64,000 nt of DNA. Origin: an uncultured bacterium. GTDB taxonomy: Bacteria > Omnitrophota > Omnitrophia > Omnitrophales > Aquincolibacteriaceae. The DNA lies in NCBI GenBank assembly GCA_964410905.1, contig CAYPIR010000006.1, positions 26,052 to 90,051 of the forward strand, written 5' to 3'. Below, piece after piece: positions 9,098-19,333 of this stretch (its first letter is position 1; each line of letters opens with the position of its first letter). The notes beneath the pieces are model-generated. The model was not told the DNA's origin and made no database searches. It saw nothing but the letters and a program-made list of their open reading frames with translations. A program made the position numbers and the translations under genes.

Positions 9098-10807
9098 ATG
9101 GCGCTAAAACATTTTTCAAAATTTGTAGCAGGCTTTCTAATAGCAGCAGCGTTGGCGCTTGGCATTGCCGCTTTGGTTGTGTTTAACGGATTTGATTCTA
9201 ACGCGTTTCGTAAGGCCGCTAAAGATTATTTGACGGAATTAACCGGATTGCGGACAGAGATTTCCGATGTCAGTTTAGTTTGGGCAGACCGGCCTAAATT
9301 GAAAGTTATTGGGATTAAATTTTATGATCCCCAAACAGTTAGAAAAATATTTTCCGCTCGTCAAATTGAGGCTGAGGTTGACCTTTCATCAATATGGAAA
9401 AAACGCTTTGTAATTTCCAAAATATTAGTTCAAGGGGCAACTGCTTTTATTTATCGTGATTCCGAGGGAGTTTGGTGCTGGGAGAAACTTTCTTTTAATT
9501 CAATGCCCGTGAAGGGTTCTCAAGCTCCGCGTCAAATCGCGTGGAATTTTGATTTCGTTCCTAACGTATACGCGGCCGATCCCAATGCGGTTAGCGGCAG
9601 TCTGCAATCAATCACTCAAGATTGGAAGTTCAACATAGATGAAGTCGAATTTCGCGCTTCGGAAATAAATTTTTCGGACGAGTTCCAGACGACTGGGCTT
9701 AAACTTCAGATTCAAAAGATTAACGCAACAATCAGGGCTGTCGATAAACTTGTTTTTGATTTTTGGTTAAAGGCAGATGTTTTTGAGGCTAATGCAAGAG
9801 ACCTTGTTTTACAAGGTAGATGGAACGCGAGTTTATCGAAACTGGAAATTGGGACGGATTTTAGAAATGGCAGAGCAAAAGCGAATGTGAAAGTTCAACT
9901 CGCGGATATTTTAGATCGAACCCAAACGGAATGCTTATTTCATCTGAATCAGCTAGACCTAGAATCTACTTTGCGGCCTATATTTAAAGATGAGGCAAGG
10001 TTGGCTGGAACAATTGCTGGCGATGGGCGTGTATCATTTAAAGGCGTAACGGAAGAAGCGATTCGGCATTCCGCGCTAGGCTCCGCGAATTTGGAAATCA
10101 AAAAGGGCGCAATCCTTAATAGAAATTTTGTTCGTGAAGCGTTGTTTAGATTGTCGGACATTTTGCCCGTGCAAGAGATTTATAAAGGTGATTTGCCCGA
10201 GGATGTTTTAAAACTCCTTAGCGGACAAGATACCGCGTTTGATTTGTTGAAAGCTAGACTTGATGTCGGACAAGCTGTATTGATGATACGAGAGTTTGAG
10301 CTTGAAAACGAGTCTTACAGATTGGTTTCCGATGCGGATTTAAGGCTTGTTGGAGATTTTGTGGATGGCACGGCTGAGATTTTTTTCTCAAAAAATATTT
10401 CTAATTATTTAGCGGGTAAGATAAAAGAATTATCTTTTTTAACGCAAAATACCAACGAAGAAATCTTGATAATCCCATTTTCTTTTAGAGGCGCTTTGCC
10501 CGATGTGAATGTACAGCCTGATTTGGTCGCTATTGGCACGGCGATAATGCGAGGCAAGGCTCAAGAGGCACTTTCGGGAAACTTGGCGGTAGTTTCTAAT
10601 GTCGTGAAGCAATTGATAGGACAAGTCGATAGCGAAACTGATAAAGTAGTTTTGAAAACGTCATCAAAACAAACTCTGCCGCAAATTTCGCAAGATTTGA
10701 TGCAAAAAGGCATGGATCTTTTACAAAAATATCAATCTGGTAGTGATTCTGCCCGCTCGCAAGCGATACAAGAAGGTATGGCGATTTTGTCGGAATATAA
10801 AAATTAA
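9098..10807 (+). CDS. AsmA-family outer-membrane biogenesis protein
   Basis: N-terminal signal-anchor, then AsmA-like N-region and a long beta-rich body. Confidence 0.5.
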   Translation: MALKHFSKFVAGFLIAAALALGIAALVVFNGFDSNAFRKAAKDYLTELTGLRTEISDVSLVWADRPKLKVIGIKFYDPQTVRKIFSARQIEAEVDLSSIWKKRFVISKILVQGATAFIYRDSEGVWCWEKLSFNSMPVKGSQAPRQIAWNFDFVPNVYAADPNAVSGSLQSITQDWKFNIDEVEFRASEINFSDEFQTTGLKLQIQKINATIRAVDKLVFDFWLKADVFEANARDLVLQGRWNASLSKLEIGTDFRNGRAKANVKVQLADILDRTQTECLFHLNQLDLESTLRPIFKDEARLAGTIAGDGRVSFKGVTEEAIRHSALGSANLEIKKGAILNRNFVREALFRLSDILPVQEIYKGDLPEDVLKLLSGQDTAFDLLKARLDVGQAVLMIREFELENESYRLVSDADLRLVGDFVDGTAEIFFSKNISNYLAGKIKELSFLTQNTNEEILIIPFSFRGALPDVNVQPDLVAIGTAIMRGKAQEALSGNLAVVSNVVKQLIGQVDSETDKVVLKTSSKQTLPQISQDLMQKGMDLLQKYQSGSDSARSQAIQEGMAILSEYKN

Positions 10808-10820
10808 GAGGATTAAAAAT

Positions 10821-11369
10821 ATGGCTAAAAAAATAATCGTTACAGTTTATGGTGAAGATAAGTCGGGAATTATCGCTCGCGTGAGCGAGATTTTGTTTTC
10901 CCGAGGCTGCAATTTGGAAGATGTCAGTATGACTATTTTGGAAGGTCGTTTTGCGATGATGATGTCCGCATCAGTTTCTTCGGACGCTATGATTAGCGGG
11001 GTTTGGGACGGTTTGAAACTTTTGGGGTCTAAGCCTTGGTCGCTTGATTGCCGCATTGTAGAACTTGGTAGTAGCAAAAAAACGTCTAAAAAGTCAATAG
11101 ACGCGACTTTTATTATAACGGCATTCGGGAAAGACCGAGTTGGTATTGTGTATAAGATTAGCCGTGCTTTAAGCGCTCTAGGTGTCAATATCGTGGGGCT
11201 GGATAGTCGTATTTTGGGTTCTGGAGGCAAAACCATATATGGAATGCTTTTAGAGATAAACGCACCTAAAACGGCTCAGGAACGCAAAATTAGGCAGGTT
11301 TTGGAGCGTGTCGCAAAGAAATTAAAGATTGAAATACAAATTAAGCCTCAAGATCGAGTGTCTTTTTAA
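10821..11369 (+). CDS. Tandem ACT-domain regulatory protein (GcvR/UPF0237-like)
   Basis: Two ACT-like halves (KSGIIARVSEIL..., KDRVGIVYKISRAL...). Start placed at the ATG preceded by AAGAGGA. Confidence 0.55.
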   Translation: MAKKIIVTVYGEDKSGIIARVSEILFSRGCNLEDVSMTILEGRFAMMMSASVSSDAMISGVWDGLKLLGSKPWSLDCRIVELGSSKKTSKKSIDATFIITAFGKDRVGIVYKISRALSALGVNIVGLDSRILGSGGKTIYGMLLEINAPKTAQERKIRQVLERVAKKLKIEIQIKPQDRVSF

Positions 11370-11379
11370 GCCCTTACAT

Positions 11380-11907
11380 ATGAATCAGAATCGAAATAAG
11401 TCCCAAATTCGCATTTTTCCCGATGCTGTTTTGCGTAAAAAGACAGAAATTGTAACTGTTTTTGACGCGAATCTTAGGGATTTGGTCAAAACGATGGCGC
11501 AAATTATGAAGTCTCAACCATACGGAGTTGGTATTGCGGCGCCTCAAATAGGCGTTTCTAAGGCTGTTGCTATAGTGGATGTTACGGCGCGCGAGCCTAA
11601 ATCAAGCCAAATTGTCCTAGTAAATCCTGTAATTTTAGAGCGTCGTGAGCCTGAAGTCCGCAAAGAAGGATGCATGAGCTTGCCGGATTATTCAGCATTT
11701 GTTAAAAGGCATAAGTGGATTAGGTTTAAGTGGCAGGATGCGTATGGCGAAAGCCATGAGAAAGTAAGCGAGGGCATTGAGGCAGTTTGTGTTGAACATG
11801 AAGCTGACCATTTAAATGGAATACTTTTTATAGACCACGTGACATGTCTTAAAACTGATATGCTTCCGCGAAAACCGCAGCACAAAATGAAAAAAACCAC
11901 CAAATAG
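11380..11907 (+). CDS. def: Peptide deformylase
   Basis: GVGIAAPQIG, EGCMSLP and HEADHLNG motifs. Start moved to internal ATG (MNQNRNK...). Confidence 0.85.
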   Translation: MNQNRNKSQIRIFPDAVLRKKTEIVTVFDANLRDLVKTMAQIMKSQPYGVGIAAPQIGVSKAVAIVDVTAREPKSSQIVLVNPVILERREPEVRKEGCMSLPDYSAFVKRHKWIRFKWQDAYGESHEKVSEGIEAVCVEHEADHLNGILFIDHVTCLKTDMLPRKPQHKMKKTTK

Positions 11908-12102
11908 GCGTCAGCGAAGAAGTATTTTTAGAGAAAAATAACCTTTTTTCTTCAAAATTAATTATTAAAATATTCATAAAATTATTAACAAAATCCAAAT
12001 TTGTCTAAGTGGTAGTGGTTTTTATGGATTGTATAACGTCCTATAATGTATCTTATGTAAAAAATACTATAAGAAAGCATAAGAGACGCTTATTAGACTG
12101 GG

Positions 12103-12552
12103 TTATTTGAAAAGAAGCGATTTTGCAGTTTCTTGTATGCGTTTGCCGTCAGCCCGCCCTTGAACTTGCGGCATTAAAACTTTCATAAGTTTTCCAATAT
12201 CAGCCATCGTTGTCGCGCCAGACATTTCAATGGCGTTTAGGATAGCGGCTTTCAGCTCATCATCTGTTAGTTGCTTTGGCAAATATGCTTCGAGTATGGC
12301 AAGCTCGGCGTTCTCTTTATCAGCCAAGTCAGTTCTGCCGGCCTTTTTAAAACTCTCAAGACTTTCGCGTCTTTGTTTGGCTTGCTTGTCTATTAGTTTT
12401 AAGACTTCGACATCATCGGCTTTGTCTTTTTTTACTTGGATTAAGTAATTTCCGATAGAACTTTTAAGCATCCGTAAAGTCGAAAGTCGCACTGTGTCTT
12501 TGGCTTTCATGGCTGAGATAACGTCTTTTTCTATTTGCTCGACTAAACTCAT
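12103..12552 (-). CDS. yqeY: GatB/YqeY domain protein
   Basis: Full-length similarity pattern of the YqeY family (MSLVEQIEKD...AMKAKD...). Confidence 0.7.
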   Translation of the reverse strand: MSLVEQIEKDVISAMKAKDTVRLSTLRMLKSSIGNYLIQVKKDKADDVEVLKLIDKQAKQRRESLESFKKAGRTDLADKENAELAILEAYLPKQLTDDELKAAILNAIEMSGATTMADIGKLMKVLMPQVQGRADGKRIQETAKSLLFK

Positions 12553-12625
12553 TTTGTTTTCTCCTCATCTTATTGAAAGTTTTTATATGCGACTTTACAT
12601 TTTACATATTGTAAAGATAGGCTTG

Positions 12626-14557
12626 CTACCAGTCTTTATCAATGTCAAAAACTTGTTCGCTTGGCGGCGGGCGGCGAAGCGCCTGCGTTTCTTTTTCCGA
12701 CTCCTTCAACGCGTCTAAGAGGTTTAACGCGTCTTGAAGTTTCATTTGCCCCTGAAGCGGCTGTTTTGCTTGGGCTTGCTGTTTTTGTTCATTTTGCTTT
12801 TCTTGTTCAGGCTTTGATTGCTGATTATCCTTGTCATTTTTGTCGGATTTTTTATCGTCTTGATTTTCAGAATTGTTTTGTGGATTTTCTTTGTCTTGGT
12901 TTTTTTGATCTTTTTGCTGCTGACTGGATTCGCCTTTATCTTGCTCGCCATCGTTTTTATCCTGTTGTTCTTTCGCTTGTCCCCCTTGACCTTGGCCAGG
13001 TTGATTTTGTTCATTTTGTTGATTTTTGTCTTGCTGCTGATTTTGTTGGTCTTGTTGTCGGTCTTTATTTTTGTCTTTGTTTTGTTGATTTTGCTTATCG
13101 TTTTGGCGTTCTTGGTCTTTTTTGTCCATCTCCCCTTTCTTCTTTTGAAGAAATTCGAGATTGTATTTTGCGTCTTGGTCATTGGGGTCGAGTTCCAAAG
13201 TTTTTTTGTATGATTGAATCGCTTTGTCGAATTCTCCCAATCTGTATTGAGTATTGCCAAGATTATAGAACGCTTTGGCTTGAAGACTGGGGGCAATTTT
13301 TTTCTGACTAGATGCCACAGAAAAATCCTTTGCGGCTTCTTGAAAAGAATCCGTCTTGTATAACGCCGAGCCGATGTTGTAGAGAATTTCAGGTGAGTCG
13401 GGATTCTTTACCTGCGCTTTTCGATAATTTTCTACAGCGGATTGATATTTTTTGTTTTTGAAATTCTCGTTCCCTTTTTCTACTACCCTTTTTGACGTTT
13501 CGATAAATCCTGAAAATAGAAAGAATGAAATTAGAACGGGCAGAATGGTTGAACTTTTCGCGTTTTGCCGCTTTATAAGCATTTCTAAAAGAAGAAATAG
13601 AAAGCCGATAAAGAGAAGCGTTTGATATTGGTCTTCCCTTTCTACAATGGTTTTTTCTTCAAACTGCTGCTCGCCCCAGTTGCGCAGGTGTTTTAAAACA
13701 AGGGCCGTCTCTTTTTCGCTTGGAGTCGCTGGCAAATATATTCCTCCAGTTTCGTTTGCCAAACGTTCAAGAAGAGGCTGATTAAGTTTTGTCAAAACCA
13801 ATTCCCCAGCGCGCGATTTTTTGAATCCCGTCCGTTCGCCTTTTGCATTTTTAAGAGGGATTGGTTCGCCTTCCTTTTTGCCGAGACCAATTGTGTATAT
13901 TCGAACATTTGCCCTTTTCGCATCAGCTATCGCTTCGTCTATTTCGCCGCCGTGATCTTCTCCATCACTAAAAATTATCAAGGCTTTATATTTTAATTCT
14001 TGTTGAGGAAACGCTCGAGTCGCGAGGCTAATGGCTTGGCTTAGAGATGTTCCGGGATCGGGTAAAAAACCCGGACTAACGGCATCTAAAAATAAAAGGA
14101 ATGCCGAGTGGTCGTGAGTAAGCGGAGTTTGTAAAAATCCCGAACCCGCAAAAGTTACCATCCCGATGCGGTCGCCGCGTAAACCTTCAATAAAAGTTTT
14201 GATTTCAAATTTGGATTTTTCAAGGCGGTTCGGCTTTGTGTCTTCGGCAAGCATTGAGAGAGATGTGTCAAGTAAGAAAATAATATCGACGCCTTTCCTT
14301 TGCGCCATTCGTTTTTCTTCTCCCCATTGCGGCCGCGCGGCGGCAAAAATAAAAAACAAAAAGGCGAGCAATACTAATATGCCCGAAAGTTTCCATTCGT
14401 TTTTCTTATAACCCGTGAGAAGTTTGTCCTGCAGTTCCGGACTTTGTACTAGTTTTTGCAATCTTTTTCGCCAAACCTTTCGTGAGATTGAATACAGTAT
14501 GGCTAGTATCGGAATTAGCCATAGAGCCAGCAAAAATTGAGGAGCGAAAAAGTGCAT
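12626..14557 (-). CDS. BatB/BatC-like aerotolerance protein: vWA domain, two TMs, TPR repeats and a Q/N/D/K-rich low-complexity tail of about 200 aa
   Basis: vWA MIDAS motif (DTSLSM), TPR-like repeats, extreme compositional bias in the last roughly 200 codons (nt 12626-13230). Confidence 0.7.
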   Translation of the reverse strand: MHFFAPQFLLALWLIPILAILYSISRKVWRKRLQKLVQSPELQDKLLTGYKKNEWKLSGILVLLAFLFFIFAAARPQWGEEKRMAQRKGVDIIFLLDTSLSMLAEDTKPNRLEKSKFEIKTFIEGLRGDRIGMVTFAGSGFLQTPLTHDHSAFLLFLDAVSPGFLPDPGTSLSQAISLATRAFPQQELKYKALIIFSDGEDHGGEIDEAIADAKRANVRIYTIGLGKKEGEPIPLKNAKGERTGFKKSRAGELVLTKLNQPLLERLANETGGIYLPATPSEKETALVLKHLRNWGEQQFEEKTIVEREDQYQTLLFIGFLFLLLEMLIKRQNAKSSTILPVLISFFLFSGFIETSKRVVEKGNENFKNKKYQSAVENYRKAQVKNPDSPEILYNIGSALYKTDSFQEAAKDFSVASSQKKIAPSLQAKAFYNLGNTQYRLGEFDKAIQSYKKTLELDPNDQDAKYNLEFLQKKKGEMDKKDQERQNDKQNQQNKDKNKDRQQDQQNQQQDKNQQNEQNQPGQGQGGQAKEQQDKNDGEQDKGESSQQQKDQKNQDKENPQNNSENQDDKKSDKNDKDNQQSKPEQEKQNEQKQQAQAKQPLQGQMKLQDALNLLDALKESEKETQALRRPPPSEQVFDIDKDW

Positions 14558-14560
14558 TTT

Positions 14561-15541
14561 TTAAGGAACCTTTAAAAGTAATGTTTTTTTAAGGAAAATA
14601 TCAAGAATTAAAAGTAAAAGCGCTGGAATTAAAAACCACAAAAAAAGTTCATCGAAGTGGCGATATTCTTTAACCTTTACTTCGCTTTTTTCTAGGTTGT
14701 TAATCCGTTCATAAATCTCTGATAATGATTTTGGATCGCGGGCTCGAAATTGAAGACCTCCCGTTATATCCGCTATTCGTTTCAAAGTCATTTCGTCAAT
14801 TTCTACAGGCGCTTGAACATAGCGTTTTCCAAGAAGAGGGTCATCAATTGGAAACGGGACAAGCCCTCCCCTGCCTACCGCGATTGTGTAAATTTTTATG
14901 TCGAAAGTTTTTGCCAATTCAGCCGCGGTTACGGGATCGATATTTCCGGCGTTATTTTCTCCGTCCGTAATAAGAATTATTACTTTACTTTTCGCGTCAG
15001 CATCTCTGAGCCTGTTGACAGAAGTGGCTATTCCCATGCCAATCGCGGTACCATCCGCAATCATTCCGACTTTAATTTCAGACAGAAGTTCGGTAAGCAC
15101 GCGATAATCCAGCGTCAGAGGACATTGTGTAAATGCCTTTTTGGCGAACACTACAAGCCCAATTCTGTCGTTTTCTCGTCCCTTTATAAACTTAATGGCT
15201 TCTTGTTTCGCGACATATAGACGGTTTTCGGGCTGAAAATCTTCAGCCAGCATGGAGCCTGAAATATCAAGCGCGATAACAATATCAACGCCGTATGTTT
15301 GAATTTCTTTTTCGCGCGAAATTATGGCTGGCCGCGCCAGCGCTATTATCAAGAGCGAAAGAATTAACACCCGCAAAAATGGCATAGATTGGTAAAAAAA
15401 CATACGTACGGTTACAGGGCTAGACTTGAAAAATTGAAATGTAGAGAATGGCAATTCAAGCCGCGTCCGTTTTTTCGCAATCAGCCAAACAATCGGCAGT
15501 ATAAAAAAGAGAAGAAAAAAAGCGGGGCTTCTAAAAATCAT
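14561..15541 (-). CDS. BatA-like vWA-domain membrane protein
   Basis: N-terminal TMs, vWA DISGSM MIDAS motif, ITDGENN motif. 4-nt overlaps with both neighbours. Confidence 0.75.
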   Translation of the reverse strand: MIFRSPAFFLLFFILPIVWLIAKKRTRLELPFSTFQFFKSSPVTVRMFFYQSMPFLRVLILSLLIIALARPAIISREKEIQTYGVDIVIALDISGSMLAEDFQPENRLYVAKQEAIKFIKGRENDRIGLVVFAKKAFTQCPLTLDYRVLTELLSEIKVGMIADGTAIGMGIATSVNRLRDADAKSKVIILITDGENNAGNIDPVTAAELAKTFDIKIYTIAVGRGGLVPFPIDDPLLGKRYVQAPVEIDEMTLKRIADITGGLQFRARDPKSLSEIYERINNLEKSEVKVKEYRHFDELFLWFLIPALLLLILDIFLKKTLLLKVP

Positions 15542-16488
15542 ATCCCTTCCTGCCCTTCTTCCGCTCGGTTATCGTCCGGCTCTGAAGCGGATTCTTTTAT
15601 AATTTCTTCAGAGTTTTTATTTATCGCGTTTGTTTCGGCCGCGGTAGGAATCCATTTCGCGAACTTTGCGAGGTCGGCAGATTCCAAAACATGTTGAATT
15701 TTTTGATATAGGGCTGATGAAAGGGACAGAGATTTTATTGAACGTAAAATTTCCGCAGTCGTTGCTTCTACAGCGAGGATTTTGTAGCGGCTTTCAAAAT
15801 AGACGCGAATAATTTCGGAAAGTTTCAGGTAATAAAGCTTTGTCTTTCCCGATTCTATGAGTCCTGAATGGAAAAGTTTTTCCAGTTCTTGTAGCGCGAT
15901 TTCCTCGGAGGTTTGTTTTGATTTTGGGGACTCATCAAATCTATTTTCCCTGATGCGTTTATATGCAAGAACAATTAAGAAAATAGTTAAAAACGCGACA
16001 GGCATCCACAAGTATTTTGAGATTTTCCATTCGAATGGGACAACGGACTTTATGTCTCTTATGTCGTTTTGAGGCGAGGTGCCGGCAACACTTTTTACAG
16101 TTAAATAAATTTTTTGACTTTGAATGGATTTTTTTTGCTCGTCTTTCTTTTGATATTCAATTTTAACTGGTGGCAAAACAAATTCTCCAAGCCTAAAAGT
16201 TGTCAGGACAAATTTTTTTCCTTCGATAATCCTTTTCTTTTGCTTTTTATTTATGTCTTCAACTTTTTTGATTTCAAGAATATCAGAATCAGGCGCAGAG
16301 ATAGCGGATAATATTTTTATGTCGGGACTATGCTCAATTGTTACGGTGTAATTAATATGTTCGCCAATAGTTAAAAACGCTTTATCCACTTCAGAACGGA
16401 CGCGTATGTCATCATCGGAAAATGCGTTTGCAATTATGGAAATGAAACAAACCAAAAACAGCAATAAAGTTAAAAAATATTTTTTCAT
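15538..16488 (-). CDS. BatD-like bitopic membrane protein (signal peptide, extracytoplasmic domain, TM, cytoplasmic domain)
   Basis: Architecture and operon position. Paralogous in layout to 18445-19302. Confidence 0.4.
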   Translation of the reverse strand: MKKYFLTLLLFLVCFISIIANAFSDDDIRVRSEVDKAFLTIGEHINYTVTIEHSPDIKILSAISAPDSDILEIKKVEDINKKQKKRIIEGKKFVLTTFRLGEFVLPPVKIEYQKKDEQKKSIQSQKIYLTVKSVAGTSPQNDIRDIKSVVPFEWKISKYLWMPVAFLTIFLIVLAYKRIRENRFDESPKSKQTSEEIALQELEKLFHSGLIESGKTKLYYLKLSEIIRVYFESRYKILAVEATTAEILRSIKSLSLSSALYQKIQHVLESADLAKFAKWIPTAAETNAINKNSEEIIKESASEPDDNRAEEGQEGI

Positions 16489-17357
16489 TTACGTTCTCTG
16501 CTTTTAAAAAAACGCATTAACGGATTGACGTAGGAATCTGTCGCGGCGACCTCAATTCGGTCAATTTGAAGCCGTTTAAAGAGCTTCTCTAGCGAGTTTC
16601 GCCAATTGTGAGTTTCCCGGCCGAAACGATTTTGGAACTGCGTTGACGAAGTGTCGAGCAAGATTGTTTTTCCTGTTTCTCGGTCTTGCGTTTCAAAAAG
16701 TCCAACACGGGGAATTTCGTGTTCAAGAGAGGCGTTTAGATGAATTGCTACCACGTCATGTTTTTGACTCAAAATTTTTAAAGGTTTCTCGTAATTTTTA
16801 TCCAAAAAATCAGAAATCAAAAAAATAATGGACGAACGAGCTTGGACACGAGATAAAAATTCCAAGGCTCCGGCTAGATGAGTGCCGCGCTTTTTAGGCT
16901 GATAGCCTAAAATTTCACGGATAATTCTTAAAGTGTGATTGCGCCCTTTTTTTACAGGTATGAATTTTTCGACCTCCTCCGTAGAAATAAGCATTCCAAC
17001 TTTATCATTATTTTTTACCGCGGAAAAGGCGAGGATGGCGGCGATTTCGGCCGCGATTTCGGATTTGAGTTTGTCGATTGAGCCAAAATATTGCGAACCT
17101 GACATATCTACAACAAAAATGACTGTAAGTTCGCGAGTTTCAACAAACTTTTTGACAAATGGGTGCTGGCTGCGAGCCGTAACATTCCAATCGATTGTGC
17201 GTATGTCGTCGCCCGGGACGTATTCTCGAACATCCGCGAATTCAATCCCCTGCCCTTTAAAAACGGATTCGTATTCGCCGCCGAAAAGATCGTTTACAAG
17301 TCTCTTGGTGCGTATTTCGATGTGGCGTACTTTCTTAAGCAGTTCTGCGGGAATCAT
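16485..17357 (-). CDS. DUF58 domain protein (vWA-like, MoxR partner)
   Basis: GQGIEFADVREYVPGDDIRTIDWNVTAR motif characteristic of DUF58. Confidence 0.7.
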   Translation of the reverse strand: MIPAELLKKVRHIEIRTKRLVNDLFGGEYESVFKGQGIEFADVREYVPGDDIRTIDWNVTARSQHPFVKKFVETRELTVIFVVDMSGSQYFGSIDKLKSEIAAEIAAILAFSAVKNNDKVGMLISTEEVEKFIPVKKGRNHTLRIIREILGYQPKKRGTHLAGALEFLSRVQARSSIIFLISDFLDKNYEKPLKILSQKHDVVAIHLNASLEHEIPRVGLFETQDRETGKTILLDTSSTQFQNRFGRETHNWRNSLEKLFKRLQIDRIEVAATDSYVNPLMRFFKSRERK

Positions 17358-17391
17358 CGCTTGAGGTCTCTCTTATGGCTGATGTTTAAAG

Positions 17392-18381
17392 TTACGGCAC
17401 CTCAATTTGATCAAATATTTTTTTGACTAAATCATCAGATGTGATGTCTTCGGCTTCGGCCTCATATGTAACCAGAATACGATGCCTCAGGACATCAGAG
17501 CCGATTTGTTTTACATCGTCAGGAGTTACGTAGGCGCGGCCTTGCAAAAACGCGTTTGCTTTCGCGGCGAGAGTTAACATTATGCTAGCGCGTGGCGAAG
17601 CGCCATATGAAATAAGCGGTTTTAAATCATTTAGTTTGTAGTCTTGCGGGTCGCGTGTCGCAAAAACCAAGTCTAAAATATAATCCTTCACTTTTTCATC
17701 TATATAGATTTGTCTGACCAGTTCACGCAGCTCTAATATTTTTTCAATATTCATTACGGGCAAGACTTCGGTTTTATCTGCGATGGCTTGACGTTCTAAA
17801 ATTTCTTTTTCTTCCTTTTTGCTTGGATATCCGACAATGAGTTTCAACATAAAACGGTCGACTTGGGCTTCGGGTAGCGGATAAGTTCCCTCTTGCTCGA
17901 TAGGGTTCTGAGTCGCAAGAACGAGGAATGGCACGGGGAGCGGGAATGTTTCGTTGCCGATTGTAACTTGTCGTTCTTGCATTGCTTCGAGAAGCGCGCT
18001 TTGAACTTTCGATGGGGCGCGGTTGATTTCGTCCGCCAAAATAATATTGGAAAAAATGGGACCTTTTTTAGTCGTGAAATTGCTGTCTTTAGGATTGTAA
18101 ACAAGTGTTCCAATTACATCCGCGGGCAGAAGATCGGGGGTAAATTGAATTCTTTGAAATTGCGCCGAAACCGCTTGTGAAAGGGTCCTGACGGATAAAG
18201 TTTTGGCAAGACCAGGGACACCTTCAATTAAGATATGTCCGTCCGCGAGTATGGCTATCATGAGTCGATCGACAAGATATTGCTGTCCCACAATTACTTT
18301 GCCGATTTCACGCGTGAGGTCTTTAATATGAGAATTTGCTTCACGGACTTTTGCGTTGATTTCTTGAATGGAGCCGGACAT
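17392..18381 (-). CDS. moxR: MoxR-family AAA+ ATPase
   Basis: GHILIEGVPGLAKT Walker A context and full MoxR-family pattern. Start moved to the internal Met (MSGSIQEINAK). Confidence 0.85.
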   Translation of the reverse strand: MSGSIQEINAKVREANSHIKDLTREIGKVIVGQQYLVDRLMIAILADGHILIEGVPGLAKTLSVRTLSQAVSAQFQRIQFTPDLLPADVIGTLVYNPKDSNFTTKKGPIFSNIILADEINRAPSKVQSALLEAMQERQVTIGNETFPLPVPFLVLATQNPIEQEGTYPLPEAQVDRFMLKLIVGYPSKKEEKEILERQAIADKTEVLPVMNIEKILELRELVRQIYIDEKVKDYILDLVFATRDPQDYKLNDLKPLISYGASPRASIMLTLAAKANAFLQGRAYVTPDDVKQIGSDVLRHRILVTYEAEAEDITSDDLVKKIFDQIEVP

Positions 18382-18444
18382 AGTGAAATCTCCTTTTCGT
18401 GCGAGAGTGATGAGTTTCAAAAGTAACTAGAGAGAGAAAACAAA

Positions 18445-19302
18445 TTAAATCAAACTAGGGCTAATGATAATCTTGCCTTTTATATATTGCAAGAGCGTCT
18501 TTTGAATTTGTGAAAGCTCTTGAGAAGAAATGTCTGACATCGCAAATCGCGTGTGAATGAGAGTCTCGGCAATGCGTATGATTTCATTTATTTCCGACGT
18601 GGGAAGATGCTGAGTTTTGAGAATATCTATTTGTGCTGAAAGCTTTTTTGCGGCTGGAAGTTGGTAATGGGTTTCTATGACTTTTTTAATTTCCTCTTCC
18701 CAGACGGCAATTTTTCCCTTTGCTGAAGGAGATGCGAAAGTGGAAATTGTTTCTTCAGCGCGGAGGTAAATTTTTTGCCGTGGGTCTTGCAGCGAAACGT
18801 CTTTTTTTATTTGTTTTTGCTTGCGCGATTTTTTTACGAAATACTGTCCGATAATCCCCAAGATAGCCCCTATAACCATATACAAAATCAGTCTAAAAGG
18901 AAAAGGTTTGGTTACGGTGATTGTTTGCGCAGGAATTTCTAACTCCGCCCATTTTTTTTCGTCAGATTTTTTATAATTTACGATGAAAGAATAAATTTTG
19001 CCCTGCCCCACCTTTTTTGCTATAAAAACATATTTTATGAAATATGAAATATAGCTTTCACTGGTTTCTTGTGACTGCGTCTGCTCTTTTAAAATAAGAT
19101 TATTTAATTTTGGTTCCTTAGAAATAATCTCATAATCTCCATCTGCTTTTTGACATCGGACTTCGATGATGAACTGAATGGGTTTCGCGAAAGTGATTTT
19201 TTTAGGTAAAGCGTGGATTTTTATTTCTGGTGAGGCGAATGATAATTTCGCGGACAAAAGTATAAGGAGAGACAACAATAAAATTCGGACTATTTTAGAC
19301 AT
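18445..19302 (-). CDS. BatD-like bitopic membrane protein, second paralog
   Basis: Signal peptide, central TM, same layout as 15538-16488. First gene of the minus-strand operon. Confidence 0.35.
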   Translation of the reverse strand: MSKIVRILLLSLLILLSAKLSFASPEIKIHALPKKITFAKPIQFIIEVRCQKADGDYEIISKEPKLNNLILKEQTQSQETSESYISYFIKYVFIAKKVGQGKIYSFIVNYKKSDEKKWAELEIPAQTITVTKPFPFRLILYMVIGAILGIIGQYFVKKSRKQKQIKKDVSLQDPRQKIYLRAEETISTFASPSAKGKIAVWEEEIKKVIETHYQLPAAKKLSAQIDILKTQHLPTSEINEIIRIAETLIHTRFAMSDISSQELSQIQKTLLQYIKGKIIISPSLI

Positions 19303-19333
19303 ATTTTTTTATTTTTATCGCGCAAGCAGATAA

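Noticed and set aside
12661-13311. ORFs 12661-13311(+), 12742-13296(-) and 12818-13213(+) inside the BatB/C-like gene
   Set aside because: They lie entirely within the low-complexity tail-coding tract. Their translations are poly-K/N or poly-L/F/V strings typical of alternate-frame readings of a compositionally biased region. The BatB/C-like frame has vWA and TPR motifs.
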